A stretch of DNA of 63,088 bases, the filler included, from Thraustochytrium aureum (taxonomy: Eukaryota): the NCBI GenBank assembly GCA_012862495.1. It is 6 parts of 4 records of this genome, joined end to end, with 100 filler letters (N's around TTAATTAATTAA, not from the genome) between each part and the next. Parts side by side here need not be neighbours in the genome. Positions count along the whole stretch, not along the records: positions 57,552 to 61,868 come from BLSG01000242.1; positions 61,969 to 63,088 come from BLSG01000243.1; 4 more parts are not named here. One strand, given 5' to 3'. The position numbers and the translations under genes were made by a program. Positions 58,606-63,088 of the stretch are shown here, one piece after another. The notes beneath the pieces are model-generated. The model was not told the DNA's origin. It saw only the letters and a program-made list of their open reading frames with translations, and ran no database searches. The stretch's first letter is position 1. Every line of letters starts with the position of its first letter.

Positions 58606-59334
58606 ATGGCTCGATCTTGGCGCAGCGCGATCCTGGCGCACAGTGTGGTCTTACTGAGCGTCGTAGTGCTCATCGCGCTCGAGCCGAGCGCTGCTGCTCT
58701 AGCGGCCAACGCGCTCCGCGGGGCTGAGCAAGGCGGACCGCAGGAGCCCGCCAAGCTGTGCATTTTTGACATCGACTCGACGCTCAACCGCGGCGTGTTC
58801 GCTCTGACGGAAGCGCACTGTAGAGCCCCACTCCCCCCTCCGCATGACGGCCTGCCTGGCGTTTTCGCACGCGAGAGCGTCAACGCGTGTTTGCAGCGGG
58901 GTTATTACGTTGGCATCGCGACCGCGGAGCCCTGCAAGGTCGCCAAGGGCCCGCGGCAGCGGCGGTTTCTTCAGGGTCTTGCGCCAGAGTACTTTTCGGG
59001 GCCCGTGTTCGACACCCCGCTTGTGCAGTGCGGCCGCAGCAACAAGACCGAGTCGCTTGATGCTATTTTGCGCTACGTGGGCGTGCAGCCGCGGTGCACC
59101 ATCTTCTTTGACGACAAGCCCACCAACGGGCGCACGGCCGAGGCGATGGGCATTAATTGGCAGCAGGCTTCGGACGACGACCGGTACGGCTACGAGCCCT
59201 TCTTCAACGCGAACTGCGGCCTAAACGCCACTCAGTTTGCTCGCGGGATGCGCACCTTGCGCGCGGCTTGTCACAGTGATGCATGGGCCACAACAGCGCA
59301 TGCCGCAGCCGAGTTGTCGAACCCCGCTCGATGA
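58606..59334 (+). CDS. Signal-peptide-bearing HAD-superfamily hydrolase
   Basis: Hydrophobic leader, motif I IFDIDSTL, motif II GIATA, motif III K (NKTE), motif IV IFFDD. Confidence 0.78.
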   Translation: MARSWRSAILAHSVVLLSVVVLIALEPSAAALAANALRGAEQGGPQEPAKLCIFDIDSTLNRGVFALTEAHCRAPLPPPHDGLPGVFARESVNACLQRGYYVGIATAEPCKVAKGPRQRRFLQGLAPEYFSGPVFDTPLVQCGRSNKTESLDAILRYVGVQPRCTIFFDDKPTNGRTAEAMGINWQQASDDDRYGYEPFFNANCGLNATQFARGMRTLRAACHSDAWATTAHAAAELSNPAR

Positions 59335-59989
59335 AAAAAGCAAACATCAATGTACCTACTTCGCTACTCCGGGGGCTGCCGCTGCGCCCGCCACCCCGGC
59401 CACCTCGCCGCTCGACCGCCCTTCAAGAGCAGGCCAAGGCGCTCGGCTCGGCGCAGTGCTTTGACCAACTGGTCCGCGACAGGTCCGGGCGGCAACCGAG
59501 CACCGCCAGCAAGTTGACACCCAACGAAAACCCAGCAAGCCGTCCGTGTCTTTCGATGAGATGGCCAAGGCCAAACTGGTGCAGCCGATGCTGCCTCGCG
59601 AGGCGAGCACGGCCAGCACCTCGAGCACGGCGGTGAAGTCGCATATATGGCGGCCGGATGACGTCATGCCAGGTCACTCGGCGGAAGGAAGCTCGGCGTA
59701 GCTTCCGGAATACAGAACAACATGAACAAATGCTATNNNNNNNNNNNNNNNNNNNNNNNNNNNNNNNNNNNNNNNNNNNNNNNNNNNNNNNNNNNNNNNN
59801 NNNNNNNNNNNNNNNNNNNNNNNNNNNNNNNNNNNNNNNNNNNNNNNNNNNNNNNNNNNNNNNNNNNNNNNNNNNNNNNNNNNNNNNNNNNNNNNNNNNN
59901 NNNNNNNNNNNNNNNNNNNNNNNNNNNNNNNNNNNNNNNNNNNNNNNNNNNNNNNNNNNNNNNNNNNNNNNNNNNNNNNNNNNNNNNNG

Positions 59990-61868
<1,879 letters not shown>

Positions 61869-62613
61869 NNNNNNNNNNNNNNNNNNNNNNNNNNNNNNNN
61901 NNNNNNNNNNNNTTAATTAATTAANNNNNNNNNNNNNNNNNNNNNNNNNNNNNNNNNNNNNNNNNNNNGTGCGCTTGTCTGCGGCGTGGGGCCCGTGCCG
62001 GTGGTTGCGTTTGGTGACTGCTCTGTCTTCACAGCACAAGATAGGCCTACCCGTCAGCTGAGCACTCCTCACTGCAAGATCAGACTGGCTGACATGACAA
62101 GACAACACCTTGTGTCACTTCTCGGCGGTCGCCAGCAAACCGAACGAAGCCAGTGTGGTGCGATTCGTACTCGTAGGCTCCTCTGCCGCTGGCCTGCTTT
62201 CGGCTGCACCCTTCAACCGCCATGTGAGCCCAAGCGACGCAACTGCACACGGTGGCGCACGCACGCACGCACGCACGCACCCATGCAGGCACCCATGCAG
62301 GCAGGCTCGAGCACAATCAGTGAAAGAGCAAGCGAATGAACGCCCGCTGCGGCGCGGGGAGCTCCGACTTGGCTCGTCACGGAGCCCGCCGAAGCCACGC
62401 GCAAAGAGCGCGTCCGCGCCATCGGCAAAATGCGGCTCGGGCCGGCAAACAACAACGCGGCTGCGCCGCTACGAGTAGGTACTAGAAGGTCGGCCACTCT
62501 TCACCGCGTGCCTCGTCAGGTTGCTGGACGGAGTCGAGGTGCTCTCGCTCCGAGTTGTTGTTTTCCCGCGCGACAAAATGAACAGTTCTTTATGTCTCTC
62601 TGTGAACCTCCTC

Positions 62614-62782
62614 CTGTTCGGCAAAATCGGGCTCGTCGCGTTCGTTCTGTTCGGCAAAATGGGCTCGTCGCGTTCGTTCTGTTCGGCGAAAAGGGCTCGT
62701 CGCGTTCGTTCTGTTCGGCGAAAAGGGCTCTTCGCGTTCGTTCTGTTCGGCGACAATGGGCTCTTCGCGTTCGTTCTGTTCG
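62614..62782. repeat. 32-33-bp minisatellite (CTGTTCGGCRAAAWGGGCTCKTCGCGTTCGTT) x5.2
   Basis: Units start at 62614, 62647, 62679, 62711, 62743 and 62776. Confidence 0.93.
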
Positions 62783-63088
62783 TTGGATTCCACCACTCGT
62801 AACGATACCTACGTGCAAGTGGTTGGTTGGACGCGAGGCAGAGGTGCAAGCGGTGAAAGCGTCGGCGTCGAAAGCGCCCGGCAGGCACCGCGTGAGCGTC
62901 GAACTCCTCGGAGGCAGACGCGCAAGGAGTTTGCACAAGCTCGCGCGGTATCCGCTCGCGCGGTATCCGCTCCGGCACCAGGCAGAGAGGGGTAGGTAGC
63001 TAGCTAGCTACACACGGCCACGTCGAGCAGGGCGAGCGAGCTGCACCGCGCCTCTGCTAGAGCCGAGCAAACCCTACGGGCACGCCTC

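Noticed and set aside
62614..62782. CRISPR-like array
   Set aside because: There are no unique spacers (only a few variable bases), no cas genes, and the context is eukaryotic.

Overview
This is GC-rich, gene-dense eukaryotic nuclear DNA, not prokaryotic. It has short GT-AG introns with CTGAC branch sites, spliceosomal, ESCRT, mitochondrial and centriolar genes, and tetranucleotide microsatellites near 5' ends. The style suggests a thraustochytrid/labyrinthulomycete stramenopile (inference). The window is a draft assembly: six pieces joined by artificial 100-nt spacers (44 N + TTAATTAATTAA + 44 N), many internal N gaps and frequent 1-bp indel errors. About 25 genes are recognisable: CPT2, a CMGC kinase, MYCBP, a VIT-vWA protein, an ERF4-like protein, a DUF7802-like membrane protein, a MORN protein, two M14 carboxypeptidase paralogs, a P4-ATPase, ISCA2, COX11, CRNKL1, TruB, ankyrin, TPR and FYVE proteins, CEP20/FOPNL, a CCDC66/CSPP-like protein, CHMP1, a membrane-type HECT ligase, an SCP/CTDSP phosphatase, a secreted HAD hydrolase and CDC48. 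I found no rRNA, tRNA, CRISPR array or intact transposon, and no unambiguous new system. The best leads are (1) a head-to-head pair of one intact and one catalytically dead M14 carboxypeptidase, (2) a P4-ATPase with an intact motor but a rewritten lipid-binding site, (3) unusual domain fusions and (4) a palindrome that recurs between convergent genes. All family calls come from remembered motifs, not database searches.
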